Part shown: one piece after another, positions 9,936 to 20,055 of the stretch
How positions within the stretch are numbered: the stretch's first letter is position 1
Layout: each line of letters starts with the position of its first letter
Assembly: GCA_044229975.1 (NCBI GenBank)
Contig: JBGARZ010000006.1
Coordinates: forward strand, 64,001-128,000
Direction of reading: 5' to 3'
Length of the DNA stretch: 64,000 nt
From: Polyangiales bacterium
GTDB lineage: Bacteria; Myxococcota_A; Polyangia; Polyangiales; Ga0077539
Made by a program: the position numbers and the translations under genes
The notes under the pieces: generated by a model
The model's input: the letters and a program-made list of their open reading frames with translations, nothing else
Databases searched by the model: none
What the model was told of the DNA's origin: nothing

Positions 9936-10703
9936 CTACAGGTTGAAGTAGATGCGACCGCTGAGGTTGACGACCCAGAAGTCGGCGTAGATGGCGTCGT
10001 TGCGACCCGTGGCAAGGAAGAGCGGGAAGTCGAAGCTCGCGGTGATGTCGGCGAGCGGAGAGGCGCCCGCGCCGTTGGCGATGGTGTAGCCAACGAAGAC
10101 GCCGAGGGGCATCGCGAAGGAGTCGAAGTTGGGGAGCAGCACGCCCGTGCGCGCGCCCAGGAAGAGGTTGGGGTTGAGGTTGGCCGCGAACGACACGGGG
10201 ATGCTGAGCCCCTTGCCCAGCGGGTCGCTGAAGGACAGTTCGAGGAAGGCGCCGGTGTCGAGGCGCATCGTGTCGCCGAGGTGGAAGAGCACCGGGACAC
10301 CCGCGCGCAGGCCGAAGTTGCCGTTGACGGGGAAGGAGACGTCGAGCCGCGCGCCCACGTCGACGTTGCCGCGCACGAAGCGATAGACGCCGTAGATCGA
10401 CGGGTCGTTGTAGCTGAAGCTCGGGCTCAGGGTGAGCGGGATGACCGTCGCGCCCACTTCGAGATCCTCGGTGATGCCGAAGCCCGCGCCGAGGTTGAGG
10501 CCGACGCGCGTCGCCGTGGCGATGCCAAGCGAGATCTGCGAGACGCTGAAGTCGACGTCAGCGCGGAGGGTGCGCGCCGTGAGCGTGAGCGGACGTCGTG
10601 CGAAAGGCAGGGGTAGCTGCGTCTGCTGGGCCTGCGCGCTGGATGCGGCGGACACGACCGCGAGCGCGGCGAAAGCAACGGACAGACAGGTGATGTTCTT
10701 CAA
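9936..10703 (-). CDS. Putative outer-membrane beta-barrel protein
   Basis: Signal peptide, alternating beta-strand pattern, aromatic C-terminus RIYFNL; TTG start preceded by GGAGG. Confidence 0.6.
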   Translation of the reverse strand: MKNITCLSVAFAALAVVSAASSAQAQQTQLPLPFARRPLTLTARTLRADVDFSVSQISLGIATATRVGLNLGAGFGITEDLEVGATVIPLTLSPSFSYNDPSIYGVYRFVRGNVDVGARLDVSFPVNGNFGLRAGVPVLFHLGDTMRLDTGAFLELSFSDPLGKGLSIPVSFAANLNPNLFLGARTGVLLPNFDSFAMPLGVFVGYTIANGAGASPLADITASFDFPLFLATGRNDAIYADFWVVNLSGRIYFNL

Positions 10704-10952
10704 GGGGTGGTTCCTCCAAGTGAGTGGCGCCGCGACCCTGCGGCGCGCCGAGGCTATGCGATGCACGACGAAGGCCACGGATTCCGTGCAGGATCACTCG
10801 CACGAAATCGCGGCGCGTCAGGGAGATGGCGCGGGGGCGGGCGTGAAGCACGGGTGCCGTCGGGGTGTGAAGCGCGAGTGACGCCTTCGATAAGTCGGTA
10901 GGTGGCGTCGGGGGCGTCGATCGGATAGAGCCGTCGCCCCGGTTGCCAGTTC

Positions 10953-12119
10953 ATGGGTCGACGTCGCCACCAGGCCAGGAAGCGCTCGCAGGGACTCGCG
11001 TACCGCGCGGCCGCCCTCGTGGCCATCGGCGCTGCCATCATCACAGGCGCGCTCGCGGCGGTCTCCACGGCGCCGCGGCCGCGCATCGACGGCACCCCGC
11101 TGCGCATCCCGATCTTCCCGAGAATACTCGCGCGGGTAAACGACGGCGGTCACATCGAGCCCATCGGGATGGTGATTCCGCCCGACGCGTCGCGCGAGAC
11201 GGCGTGGCCGCCGGCGCTGCTCAACCCCGACGCGCGCCTGCGCTGGGGCTGGGACCTCTCGCTGGGACGACCGAGCTCCCGCGAGGTGCTCTTCACCTTC
11301 GACGACGGGCCCAACCCGGGCACCACCGATCGGCTGCTGCCCATCCTGGCGAGGGCCAACATCCACGCGGCGTTCTTCGTGTGCGGGTGGCGGATGGAGT
11401 CGAGCGAGGAGCCGCTGCGAACGCGCTCGCGACAGATCCTCCGCGACACGCTGGCGGCGGGTCACATCATCGGCAACCACACGGTGCACCACCACCAGCT
11501 CTCGCTGCTGACGCCCGACCGGGTGCGCTACGAGATCGAACACAACGCCGACCTCATCGAGGAGGTCATCGGCGAGCGGCCGCACCTGTTCCGACCGCCG
11601 TATGGGGCGTACAGCGAGGACGTTCGACGGCACCTCGTGTCGCGCGGCAACGAGCTGTGGATGTGGTCCATCGACCCGCACGACTACCTGCTGGTCAACG
11701 ACTCCGACACGGTGGCCCAACGGGTCATCACCAACCTGGGCAACCACGCCGGCGGAACCGTATTGCTCCACGACACGCACCCGTGGAGCGTGGCCGCGGT
11801 GCCGAAGATCCTGCGTTGGCTCGACCGCGAGAACCGCGACCGCGAGCAGGCCGGGCGGCCGCCGTACGTGGTGCTCGATCCGGCGCGCTACATGGAAGGG
11901 GCGCGGGCGCGCATCCCGATGATCCAGGCGGCCGACGCGCTGGCGCAGGGCAATCCCCGGACGCGTGACGCGGGTCGAGCGGACGCGGCGGTGGAGCCGA
12001 CCACGGGCCCGGTGGCAGAGGGCCCGGTGGATGCGGCGGCTGCGACGGCAGTGGTGGACGCGAGGGCGACGGACGCGGGCGTGCGGCGGGCGCCGATGGA
12101 CGCGGGCGACGGGCGTTAG
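10953..12119 (+). CDS. Polysaccharide deacetylase (NodB/CE4)
   Basis: TFDDGP, GNHTVHH, FRPPYG, DPHDY and LLHD motifs; N-terminal TM anchor. Confidence 0.92.
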   Translation: MGRRRHQARKRSQGLAYRAAALVAIGAAIITGALAAVSTAPRPRIDGTPLRIPIFPRILARVNDGGHIEPIGMVIPPDASRETAWPPALLNPDARLRWGWDLSLGRPSSREVLFTFDDGPNPGTTDRLLPILARANIHAAFFVCGWRMESSEEPLRTRSRQILRDTLAAGHIIGNHTVHHHQLSLLTPDRVRYEIEHNADLIEEVIGERPHLFRPPYGAYSEDVRRHLVSRGNELWMWSIDPHDYLLVNDSDTVAQRVITNLGNHAGGTVLLHDTHPWSVAAVPKILRWLDRENRDREQAGRPPYVVLDPARYMEGARARIPMIQAADALAQGNPRTRDAGRADAAVEPTTGPVAEGPVDAAAATAVVDARATDAGVRRAPMDAGDGR

Positions 12120-12802
12120 GGCAGCTTCGCTCCCTGCCCGAAGAGAACCTTCCTGGCCTCGTCGTCGAGGGGCCGGATGGCGTCCTTGCCGACCTTCAGC
12201 GCGCGCTGCACGGCGGGGCGTTGGTCGATGCGGGCGAGCCACGCGGCCACCCTGGGGAAGCTCGCCGCGTCGATGTTGAGGCGGTCGTGCAGGCGCGCCC
12301 ACGGGAAGGCCGCCATGTCGGCGACGGAGTACTCGCCCGCGAGGTAGTCGCGGTCGGCGAGGCGGCGCTCCATGACGCCGAAGAGGCGCTCGACCTCCTT
12401 GGTGTAGCGCTCCATGCCGTAGGCGATCTTCTCGGGCGCGTAGTGAACGAAGTGGTTGGCCTGACCCATCATCGGGCCGAGGCCGCCCATCTGCCACATG
12501 AGCCACTCGTGCACGGCGACGCGACCGCGCAGGTCGTCGGGGATGAAGCTGCGGGTCTTGTCGGCGAGGTACAGGAGGATGGCGCCGCTCTCGAAGACCG
12601 AGACGGGCGTTCCCCCGCCGGGCGGGTCGTCGTCGACGATGGCGGGCATGCGGTTGTTGGGAGAGATCGCGAGGAAGTCGGGCTTGAATTGCTCGCCGCG
12701 CCCGATGTTGACCGGGAGCACGCGGTAGGGAAGGCCCATCTCTTCGAGGGCGATGGTGATCTTCCACCCGTTGGGGGTGGGCCAGTAATGGAGGTCGATC
12801 AT
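12116..12802 (-). CDS. Glutathione S-transferase (YfcG/Nu-class-like)
   Basis: TPNGWK, ISPNNRMPAI, FESGAILLYLA, WQMGGLGPM. Confidence 0.92.
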   Translation of the reverse strand: MIDLHYWPTPNGWKITIALEEMGLPYRVLPVNIGRGEQFKPDFLAISPNNRMPAIVDDDPPGGGTPVSVFESGAILLYLADKTRSFIPDDLRGRVAVHEWLMWQMGGLGPMMGQANHFVHYAPEKIAYGMERYTKEVERLFGVMERRLADRDYLAGEYSVADMAAFPWARLHDRLNIDAASFPRVAAWLARIDQRPAVQRALKVGKDAIRPLDDEARKVLFGQGAKLP

Positions 12803-12816
12803 GGGTGCGCGCAGGC

Positions 12817-13602
12817 TTAGCGCACGGCGCAGACGTACGCGATCATGGCGCCGCGTTCGTCGGGTGTTTCGTCGTCGAGCTGCGGGCGAGAGAGGTCGAC
12901 GGGGAGCTTCCAGCGGGTGGTTCGCCAGCGGAGGTCGAAGCCGTGGGCTGCGAGCAGCGCGCGGGTCTCTTCAGGGAAGAACTGCCGCTGCGAGATGGTC
13001 CATTGCCGGGCGGCGGCGCGGTCGAGGACGGGCGTGAGCGTGAGCCGCGTGGTGAGCACCTGGGCGAGCGCGTCGTAGTCGAACTCCTCGCGCAGCGTGA
13101 CGGGCTCTCGCGTGGATGGGTCGAGGAAGCGGCCGGTCTCCAGGGTCTCGCCTGCGAGCAAGCGTGGCTCCGGGAGCCACAGGTCGAAGGCGAAGAGACC
13201 ACCGGGCGCGAGGTGCTTACGGACCAGGGTAAAGAAGGAGGACTGCTGCTCGGCGGTGTGGAGGTGGGCGAGTCCGTTGAAGGGGAAGAGCACGCGGTCG
13301 AAGCGGGCGTCGAGGTCGAGCGTGGTGGCGTCGCCGAGCACCGGGGAGACGCGGTCGTGGATGCGGGCGCGCTCGCGGGCGAGGCGCGCGCGGAGGGCGT
13401 CGAGCATGGCGGGCTCGCGCTCGACGGCGACGACGGTGCTGCCCGCGAGGGCGACGGGGAGCGTGATGCGCCCGGTGCCCGCACCGTATTCGAGCACGCG
13501 GGCGTGGCCGCGGGTGAGGCCGGCGTAGAAGCGTACGTCGTCGGTGCGGTCGTCGAAGAGGAGGTCGTAGACGCCGGGCGCGGCGTAGAGGTCGGGGGGC
13601 AT
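12817..13602 (-). CDS. Class I SAM-dependent methyltransferase
   Basis: VLEYGAGTGR motif I; HLAPGG. Confidence 0.88.
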   Translation of the reverse strand: MPPDLYAAPGVYDLLFDDRTDDVRFYAGLTRGHARVLEYGAGTGRITLPVALAGSTVVAVEREPAMLDALRARLARERARIHDRVSPVLGDATTLDLDARFDRVLFPFNGLAHLHTAEQQSSFFTLVRKHLAPGGLFAFDLWLPEPRLLAGETLETGRFLDPSTREPVTLREEFDYDALAQVLTTRLTLTPVLDRAAARQWTISQRQFFPEETRALLAAHGFDLRWRTTRWKLPVDLSRPQLDDETPDERGAMIAYVCAVR

Positions 13603-13648
13603 TGGGTTGCGTTCTGCTGGCGGCGTGACGGTGTTACGGTCGGCGGCG

Positions 13649-15103
13649 ATGGCGGGTCAGGGTGACGTTCTCGGCGGGAAATACAAGCTCCTGAGCCCGC
13701 TCGGGGAGGGCGGCATGGGGGCCGTCTGGGTCGCCGAAAACATCGCCATCCGCGGCGCCGAGGTCGCCGTGAAGGTGCTCCACGCCAGCTTCGCGCGCGA
13801 CCCCGCGGCCGTGCGTCGCTTCCGCACCGAGGCCGAGGCGACGGTGCTCATCGGGCACCCCAACATCGTGCGCGTCTTCGACTACGGCGAGTCCGACGAC
13901 GGCGCGCCCTTCATGGTCATGGAGCGCCTCCGCGGCGAGAGCCTCGCCCAGCGCCTCGAACGCGACGAGTCGCTCCCCGTGGCCGACGCCGTGGGCATCG
14001 TGGTGGCCGTGCTCGAAGCGCTCGACGCCGCCCACGAGAAGGAGATCCTGCACCGCGACCTCAAGCCCGAGAACATCTTCCTCGCCGAGCACGGCGACGT
14101 CGTGCAGCCGAAGATCCTCGACTTCGGGGTGTCGAAGTTTCTCGGCGACGACGCCGAGCGCGTCCGGCTCACCCGCACCGGCGCGCTCATCGGAACGCCC
14201 GCGTACATGTCCCCCGAGCAGGCCCGCGGCGAAGCCACCATCGACCTGCGCAGCGACGTGTGGGCGATGGGGGTGATCCTCTACGAGCTGCTCACGGGAC
14301 GGCTCCCGTACGAGGGCCCCAACTACAACGCCGTGATGATGCGCATCGCCACCGAGGGGCACGTCCCGCTGCTCGACGCGCTGCCGTCGCTCGACCCGGT
14401 GCTGGCCTCCGTCGTCGAGCGGGCCCTCGCTCGCACGGCCCGCGAGCGCTACCCGACGGCGCGCTCGATGCGCGAGGCGCTGCGGGCGTGGGAGCGCGGC
14501 GAAGGCGTGCTCGAAGCGCCGCCGCGCGGGAGCCTCGCCCCGACGCGCAGCTCGAAGACGCCGACGCCGACGCTGGTGCACGCCGACACGCTGCCGGGTG
14601 ATGGCGCCGTCACGCTGCCGCGCGCGAAGCCGCAGCCGAAGTGGCTCATGGCCGTGGGCGCGTTGGCGCTCATCGGCTCGGTGGGAACCGCGTGGCGGAT
14701 GAGCGCCGTGACGCCAGTGGTGACCCCGGCGGTGGCGCCAGTGGTGGCGCCCGCGGCGACGCACAGGCTGAGCATCACGGGGGTTCCGGCGGGGGCGCGG
14801 GTGCTGGTGGATGACGCGGTGGTGACGCTGCCGACGGCGCTGCGGGCCGACGGCGACCATCGGGTGCTGGTGGAGGTCGCGGGGGCGCCCGCGTGGATGG
14901 CAGTGGTGTCGCGGCCCACGGCGGATGTGTCGCTGGCCTACGTGGCGCCGGCGGTGACGACGGTGGCGGCGGTGGTCGACGCGGGAGTGGCGGTGGTGGC
15001 GCCGACGGTGCGGGCCCCGGCGCGGCGAGCGGTGGTGCGGGAGCGCCCGGATGCAGGGCGGCGGCCCATCGAGACGCTGATCGAGCGCGGTACGCCGTTT
15101 TGA
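13649..15103 (+). CDS. Membrane Ser/Thr protein kinase
   Basis: GEGGMGAVW, VAVK, HRDLKPEN, DFG, GTPAYMSPEQ; TM helix then a short extracellular domain. Confidence 0.95.
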   Translation: MAGQGDVLGGKYKLLSPLGEGGMGAVWVAENIAIRGAEVAVKVLHASFARDPAAVRRFRTEAEATVLIGHPNIVRVFDYGESDDGAPFMVMERLRGESLAQRLERDESLPVADAVGIVVAVLEALDAAHEKEILHRDLKPENIFLAEHGDVVQPKILDFGVSKFLGDDAERVRLTRTGALIGTPAYMSPEQARGEATIDLRSDVWAMGVILYELLTGRLPYEGPNYNAVMMRIATEGHVPLLDALPSLDPVLASVVERALARTARERYPTARSMREALRAWERGEGVLEAPPRGSLAPTRSSKTPTPTLVHADTLPGDGAVTLPRAKPQPKWLMAVGALALIGSVGTAWRMSAVTPVVTPAVAPVVAPAATHRLSITGVPAGARVLVDDAVVTLPTALRADGDHRVLVEVAGAPAWMAVVSRPTADVSLAYVAPAVTTVAAVVDAGVAVVAPTVRAPARRAVVRERPDAGRRPIETLIERGTPF

Positions 15104-15109
15104 GCAGGT

Positions 15110-15181
15110 TGGGGACGGTTTCAGCTTTTCACCTTGTCGGGTTTCGGTCCGGCGAAAGGTGAAAAGCTGAGTCCGTCCCCA
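15110..15181. repeat. Intergenic long palindrome (REP-like)
   Basis: tggggacggtttcagcttttcacctt ... aaggtgaaaagctgagtccgtcccca, near-perfect 26-bp stem. Confidence 0.75.
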
Positions 15182-15284
15182 CCCCCGGAACCTCTCGACC
15201 CCGAAGGCTGTCTCGGCGTATGTGCGAAGTCGTGCCGATGCGCTGCCGCTGGGATGGTCGACGCTCCACGCCGAGGCGTTGTCC

Positions 15285-15887
15285 ATGACGCTCGACGTCG
15301 AGGCTGAGCGCGTCCTCGTCGAGCGGCTGCGGCGCCGTGACGAGGCGGCGTTCAACCTCTTCGTGCGGGCGTATCAGGCCAAGGTGTTCTCGCTGGTGCA
15401 ACGGATGCTGGGCAATCGTGCGGAGGCGGAAGACCTCTCGCAGGAGGTGTTCATCACCGTCTTTCGCAGCATCGACAGCTTTCGCGGTGACTCACGGCTC
15501 GGGACGTGGCTCTACCGGGTGGCCGTCAACCACTGCAAAAACCGCATCAAATACCTCGATCGGCGCGTGACGCGCGGCCACGACGCCATGGACGACGAGG
15601 GGGCGAAGGCCCTCACCGAGGGCGGTCCCGTGATGTCGCGGCCCGACCGACCCGACGAGTCGATGCAGGGCGCCGAGCTGGGCAAGGTCATCGACCGGGC
15701 CCTCGGGCTGCTCGAAGAGGAGCACCGCACCCTCGTGGTGCTGCGCGACCTGGAGGGCCTGAGCTACGAAGACATCATGGCCATCACCGGGCTCCCCGAA
15801 GGAACCGTGAAGAGCCGCCTCCACCGCGCCCGCGCGGCGCTGCGCGAGGCCATCGAGCGAGGTCTGGGATGCAAGCTGCCGGAGTAA
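15285..15887 (+). CDS. ECF RNA polymerase sigma factor
   Basis: AEDLSQEVF, TWLYRVAVN, region 4 LSYEDI...GTVKSRLHRAR. Confidence 0.93.
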   Translation: MTLDVEAERVLVERLRRRDEAAFNLFVRAYQAKVFSLVQRMLGNRAEAEDLSQEVFITVFRSIDSFRGDSRLGTWLYRVAVNHCKNRIKYLDRRVTRGHDAMDDEGAKALTEGGPVMSRPDRPDESMQGAELGKVIDRALGLLEEEHRTLVVLRDLEGLSYEDIMAITGLPEGTVKSRLHRARAALREAIERGLGCKLPE

Positions 15888-16333
15888 CGCTGACCGACGA
15901 CGAGGTGCGCGACCTGTTCAGCGCCTACCACGACCGCGAGCTGTCGCCCGAGCGCAACGACGCCGTGCGCGCGGCGCTCGACGCCAACGAGTCGCTCAAG
16001 CGCGAGTACGACGGCTTCTGCAAGATGCTCGACCAGCTCTCGGCCATGGCCGCCGAGACCGAAGCGCCCGTCGCAGGCATCGCCGCCGCGAAGAGCGCCG
16101 AAGCACCGGCGCCTGACCTGCTGGTGGGCGTTCAGAGGCGGTTGCAGAAGCGGTCGGGGGGACGGTTCTACCAGGACGGCTGGTCGCGCATGGCGGGCAT
16201 CTTCCCGCTGGAACTACTGGCCACGCTGGTGCTCATCGCCCTCGTGGTGGCCTACGTCGCGATGACCATGGTGTCCGCGCGTCCCGCCCCGTCGCCCGCT
16301 CCGCCGCGGCCGGGGACGACCATCGCCCACTGA
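15869..16333 (+). CDS. Putative membrane anti-sigma factor
   Basis: Overlaps the sigma stop; LFSAYHDRELS zf-HC2-like start lacking HxxxCxxC; one TM helix. Confidence 0.75.
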   Translation: MQAAGVTLTDDEVRDLFSAYHDRELSPERNDAVRAALDANESLKREYDGFCKMLDQLSAMAAETEAPVAGIAAAKSAEAPAPDLLVGVQRRLQKRSGGRFYQDGWSRMAGIFPLELLATLVLIALVVAYVAMTMVSARPAPSPAPPRPGTTIAH

Positions 16334-16358
16334 TCGCTCGTCTTCCCCAGCATGGCGT

Positions 16359-16622
16359 TCGCGCAGCGGGCCGGGGTTCACGGTGCAGGCTCCGCGTCCG
16401 TCGCGCTCCGTTCACCGCCGGGCAATGGTAGGGGGTCACCCCGCCGCTGCGCGACGGGGTTGCAGGTCCAGATCCATCGCGATCCCGGTCGACGAAGTGG
16501 AGGCAGTGACATCCGCTGCAACCCCGTCGCGCAGCGGCGGGGTGACCCCCTACCATTGCCCGGCGGTGAACGGAGCGCGACGGACGCGGAGCCTGCACCG
16601 TGAACCCCGGCCCACTGCGCGA
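16359..16622. repeat. Giant palindrome: 107-bp inverted arms, 50-bp spacer (REPIN/PATE-like)
   Basis: 16359-16465 is the reverse complement of 16516-16622 with 1 mismatch; lies between convergent genes. Confidence 0.9.
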
Positions 16623-16625
16623 CCG

Positions 16626-17066
16626 TCACCGCTTCTTCTTTTTCTTCTTCGCGGGCTCGTCGTCCTCCTCCGCGTCGGGCTCGATGTCGCCCAGGTCGGG
16701 CAGCGTGAGTCCCGCCAACGGCTCGCGGAGTCGCTTTCGCTTCCGCTCCTGGAGCCGCTCGATCATCGCCATGAGCTTGGGGTCGCCCCAGCGCTGGTTG
16801 TCGTGGCGAATGCCCTTCGCGCCGTTGCAGCGACCGCACGCGACGGCGAGGTTCTCCAGCGCGTTGGTGCCTCCGTGCGTGCGCGGAACGATGTGCTCCA
16901 GCGTCGCGCGCAGGAGGCGCGAGCCGTCGAGGTCGACGCACACGAGGCAGTTGCAGTGGATGCACTTGCCCGCGAGCACTTCGACGCCGCGCAGCTCGGC
17001 GCGGTCGAAGGTGCGGTCGGTGGCCGCGCACCAGAGGAGGAGGGCGTGTCGGCGGGCGGTTCCCAT
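16626..17066 (-). CDS. HNH endonuclease
   Basis: CIHC...TLEHIVPRTHGGTNALENLAVACGRCNGAKG. Confidence 0.9.
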   Translation of the reverse strand: MGTARRHALLLWCAATDRTFDRAELRGVEVLAGKCIHCNCLVCVDLDGSRLLRATLEHIVPRTHGGTNALENLAVACGRCNGAKGIRHDNQRWGDPKLMAMIERLQERKRKRLREPLAGLTLPDLGDIEPDAEEDDEPAKKKKKKR

Positions 17067-17118
17067 GGCCGGCGACTCTAGCGCCGGCCGAGGGGGAGGC
17101 GAGCGGGCGCTTACCCGA

Positions 17119-17538
17119 TCAGAGCAGCTCGTAGCCCGCGAAGTAGTAGCCGATCTCGCGCGCCGCGCTGGCGGCCGAGTCCGAGCCGTGCGTCGCGTTC
17201 TCGCCCTTGCTGGCGCCGAAGAGCTTGCGGATCGTGCCGTCGGCGGCCTGCGCCGGGTCGGTCGCGCCCATGGTCTCGCGCCACTTCGCGATGGCCCCGT
17301 CGGCCTCCAGCGCGAGGATGTACACCGGGCCGCGCGACATGAACGTCGTCAGCTCGCCGAAGAAGCCGCGGGCGCTGTGCTCCGCGTAGAAGCCCTCGGC
17401 CTGCGCCTTGGTGAGGTGGATGCGCTTCGAGCCGCGCACCTTGAAGCCCGCCTTCTCGATGTGGGCGAGGATCGCCCCCGCCAGGTTCTTCTCCACCGCG
17501 TCGGGCTTGATCATCGCCAGGGTCAGTTCGGTCGCCAT
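17119..17538 (-). CDS. ndk: Nucleoside diphosphate kinase
   Basis: [30 protein letters not shown]. Confidence 0.98.
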   Translation of the reverse strand: MATELTLAMIKPDAVEKNLAGAILAHIEKAGFKVRGSKRIHLTKAQAEGFYAEHSARGFFGELTTFMSRGPVYILALEADGAIAKWRETMGATDPAQAADGTIRKLFGASKGENATHGSDSAASAAREIGYYFAGYELL

Positions 17539-17677
17539 AATTCTTCGGTGTCCTTTCGCGGCGCCTTCTAGACGCACCGCGCGCCGATGGCAAGCGACGC
17601 GCTCGCTTTACGGGTTCACGTAAAAGTCACCCGTGACTTCACGGAGGGCCGCGCCTACCGTCGCTCGCACTGCCGCC

Positions 17678-18988
17678 ATGAACCCGCTCCTCGCCGCCCG
17701 CGCGCAGATGGAGGTCTCGCTCGCTTTCCACATGGTGTTCGCGGCCATCGGCATCGGATTGCCGCTGCTCACCGTGCTCGCCGAGGCCATCGGCCTGCGC
17801 ACCGGCGACCCCCGCTGGAAGACCCTCGCCCGTCGGCAGGCCCGCGTCACCGCCGTGCTCTTCGCCATCGGCGCCGTCTCGGGCACCGCGCTCTCCTTCG
17901 AGCTCGGCCTCCTGTGGCCGCGCTTCATGCGGCTCGCCGGCCCCGTCATCGGCCCCACCTTCGCGCTCGAAGGCTACGCGTTCTTCCTCGAAGCCATCTT
18001 CCTCGGCCTCTACCTCTACGGCTGGCAACGTCTCTCCCCCCGCGCCCACCTCCTCGCCGGCGCCGGCGTCGCGCTCACCGGTCTTCTCTCGGGTGCGTTC
18101 GTCGTCGCGGTCAACGCGTGGATGCAGTGCCCGCCGCCCGGATCGCTCACCACCCTCGACCCGTGGGCCACCTTCAAGAGCGCCGCGTGGCTCAACATGG
18201 CCGTGCACTCCACGCTCTCCTGCTACGTCAGCGTCGGCTTCGCCGTCGCGGGCGCCCACGCGTGGTCGCTGCTCAAGAAGCGCCCCGAACCGTGGCATCG
18301 CCCCGCGCTCTCCCTCTCGCTCACCGTCGCCTCCATCGCCGCTGTTCTCCAGCTCGTCTCGGGTGATCGCACCGCCAAGATGGTCGCCGCCACGCAGCCC
18401 GTGAAGCTCGCCGCGATGGAGGCCCACTTCCACACCGCGAGCGGCGCCGCCATCGCCGTCGGCGGCCTCGTCGATCAAGACGCCGCCACGCTGCGCGGCG
18501 CCGTCACCGTGCCGAAGGTGCTCTCGGTGCTGGCCTTCGACGACCCCGATGCGACGGTGCGCGGGCTCCATGAGTTCCCGCGCGAGCTGTGGCCGCGGGT
18601 TGGTATCGTGCACTCGGCCTTCGACGTGATGGTCGGCGCCGGAACCGCCCTCGTCGGACTCTCGCTCGCGTGGTGGGTCTGGCGCTTTCGCACGCGCAAG
18701 GAGAAGGAGGCGCCCATCCCGCGGTGGCTGCTGCGCGCGCTGGTGGCGGCCGCGCCGATGGGCTTCATCGCGCTCGAAGCGGGCTGGCTCGTCACCGAGG
18801 CGGGCCGTCAGCCATGGACCATCCAGGGGGTGTTGCGCACCGCCGACGCGGCCACGCGATCGCCGCACGCGGGCCTCACCTTCGCGGCCTTCAGCGCGCT
18901 GTACCTCTTCCTCGGGGTGGTGGTCGTCGGGATGCTCCGCTACCTCGCGAAGACGCCCGTGAAGGGCGAAGCGGTCGTCGACGCATGA
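17678..18988 (+). CDS. cydA: Cytochrome bd ubiquinol oxidase subunit I
   Basis: SLAFHMVF, GAVSGT, FFLEAIF, QPVKLAAMEA, GWLVTEAGRQPW. Confidence 0.95.
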   Translation: MNPLLAARAQMEVSLAFHMVFAAIGIGLPLLTVLAEAIGLRTGDPRWKTLARRQARVTAVLFAIGAVSGTALSFELGLLWPRFMRLAGPVIGPTFALEGYAFFLEAIFLGLYLYGWQRLSPRAHLLAGAGVALTGLLSGAFVVAVNAWMQCPPPGSLTTLDPWATFKSAAWLNMAVHSTLSCYVSVGFAVAGAHAWSLLKKRPEPWHRPALSLSLTVASIAAVLQLVSGDRTAKMVAATQPVKLAAMEAHFHTASGAAIAVGGLVDQDAATLRGAVTVPKVLSVLAFDDPDATVRGLHEFPRELWPRVGIVHSAFDVMVGAGTALVGLSLAWWVWRFRTRKEKEAPIPRWLLRALVAAAPMGFIALEAGWLVTEAGRQPWTIQGVLRTADAATRSPHAGLTFAAFSALYLFLGVVVVGMLRYLAKTPVKGEAVVDA

Positions 18989-19980
18989 CCCCCGCCGACG
19001 CCATGGCCGCGCTCGTCGTGCTGGGTCTCTGCGCCTATGGTGTCTTCGCGGGCGCCGACTTCGGCGGCGGCATCCTCGACGCCCTCGCGCGCGGCCCTCG
19101 GCGTGACCAGCAGCGCGACGCCATCTCCCACGCCATGGGCCCCGTGTGGGAGGCCAACCACGTCTGGCTCATCTTCGTCATCGTGCTGCTCTTCACGGGC
19201 TTTCCGCGCGCCTTCTACGCGCTGGTGGAGGGGCTCTTCGTGCCGTTTCACCTCGCGCTCGTGGGCATCACGCTGCGCGGCGCGGCCTTCGTGTTTCGCG
19301 CGTACGGGCCGCGTGAGGCGTCGTCGTTGCGCGGGTGGGGGCGGGTGTTCGGCGTCGCGTCGGTGTTCACGCCGGTGCTGCTCGGGATGTGCCTCGGCGC
19401 CGTGTCGTCGGGGCTCATTCGCGCGGGCGAAGATGGCGAAGTCATCGACGGCACGAGCGCGTGGCTGTCGCCCATCGCGCTGGTCACGGGGCTCTTCGCG
19501 CTGTCGCTGTGCGCGTACCTCGCCGCGGTGTTTCTCACGGTGGAGACCGAGGGTGAGCTCCGCGAGGACTTCCGCCGCCACGCGCTCACCGTCGGAACGG
19601 TGGTCGTGGTGCTGTCGGCGGTGCTGGTTCCGGGGGTGTTCGTGGCGGCGCCGCACCTCGGCGGGGGACTGCTCTCGCCGCGGGCGCTGCCGGTGCTCGC
19701 GGTCGGCGGCGTGGCAGCGCTGACGTCGGGCTACGCGCTGTGGCAGCGGCGGTTTCAGCTCGCGCGGGTCGCGACCGTCGCGCAGGTGACCTGCCTGCTC
19801 ACGGGCTACGCGTTGGCGCAGTATCCGTTTCTGCTCTACCCCGACGTGACGCTCGCGGGCTCGGCCGCGCCGCGCGCGACGCTGGTCGCCGTGCTGTGGA
19901 CGGTTCCGCCGGGGTTGGGGCTGCTGCTGCCGTCGCTGTGGTGGCTGTTTCGGGTGTTCAAGGGCTCGGACACCCCGTAG
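18985..19980 (+). CDS. cydB: Cytochrome bd ubiquinol oxidase subunit II
   Basis: GADFGGG, PVWEANHVWLI, LRGAAFVFR; ATGA overlap with cydA. Confidence 0.95.
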   Translation: MTPADAMAALVVLGLCAYGVFAGADFGGGILDALARGPRRDQQRDAISHAMGPVWEANHVWLIFVIVLLFTGFPRAFYALVEGLFVPFHLALVGITLRGAAFVFRAYGPREASSLRGWGRVFGVASVFTPVLLGMCLGAVSSGLIRAGEDGEVIDGTSAWLSPIALVTGLFALSLCAYLAAVFLTVETEGELREDFRRHALTVGTVVVVLSAVLVPGVFVAAPHLGGGLLSPRALPVLAVGGVAALTSGYALWQRRFQLARVATVAQVTCLLTGYALAQYPFLLYPDVTLAGSAAPRATLVAVLWTVPPGLGLLLPSLWWLFRVFKGSDTP

Positions 19981-20055
19981 AAACCACAGTCCCTCCTGAC
20001 GCATCCTACGGGCGCTGCAACGCCCTCCCTCAACCCTCACCAGAGCAACAACACC

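Noticed and set aside
16352..16603. Small ORFs 16352-16603 + and 16233-16598 - with mirrored peptides
   Set aside because: Artefacts of the palindrome.
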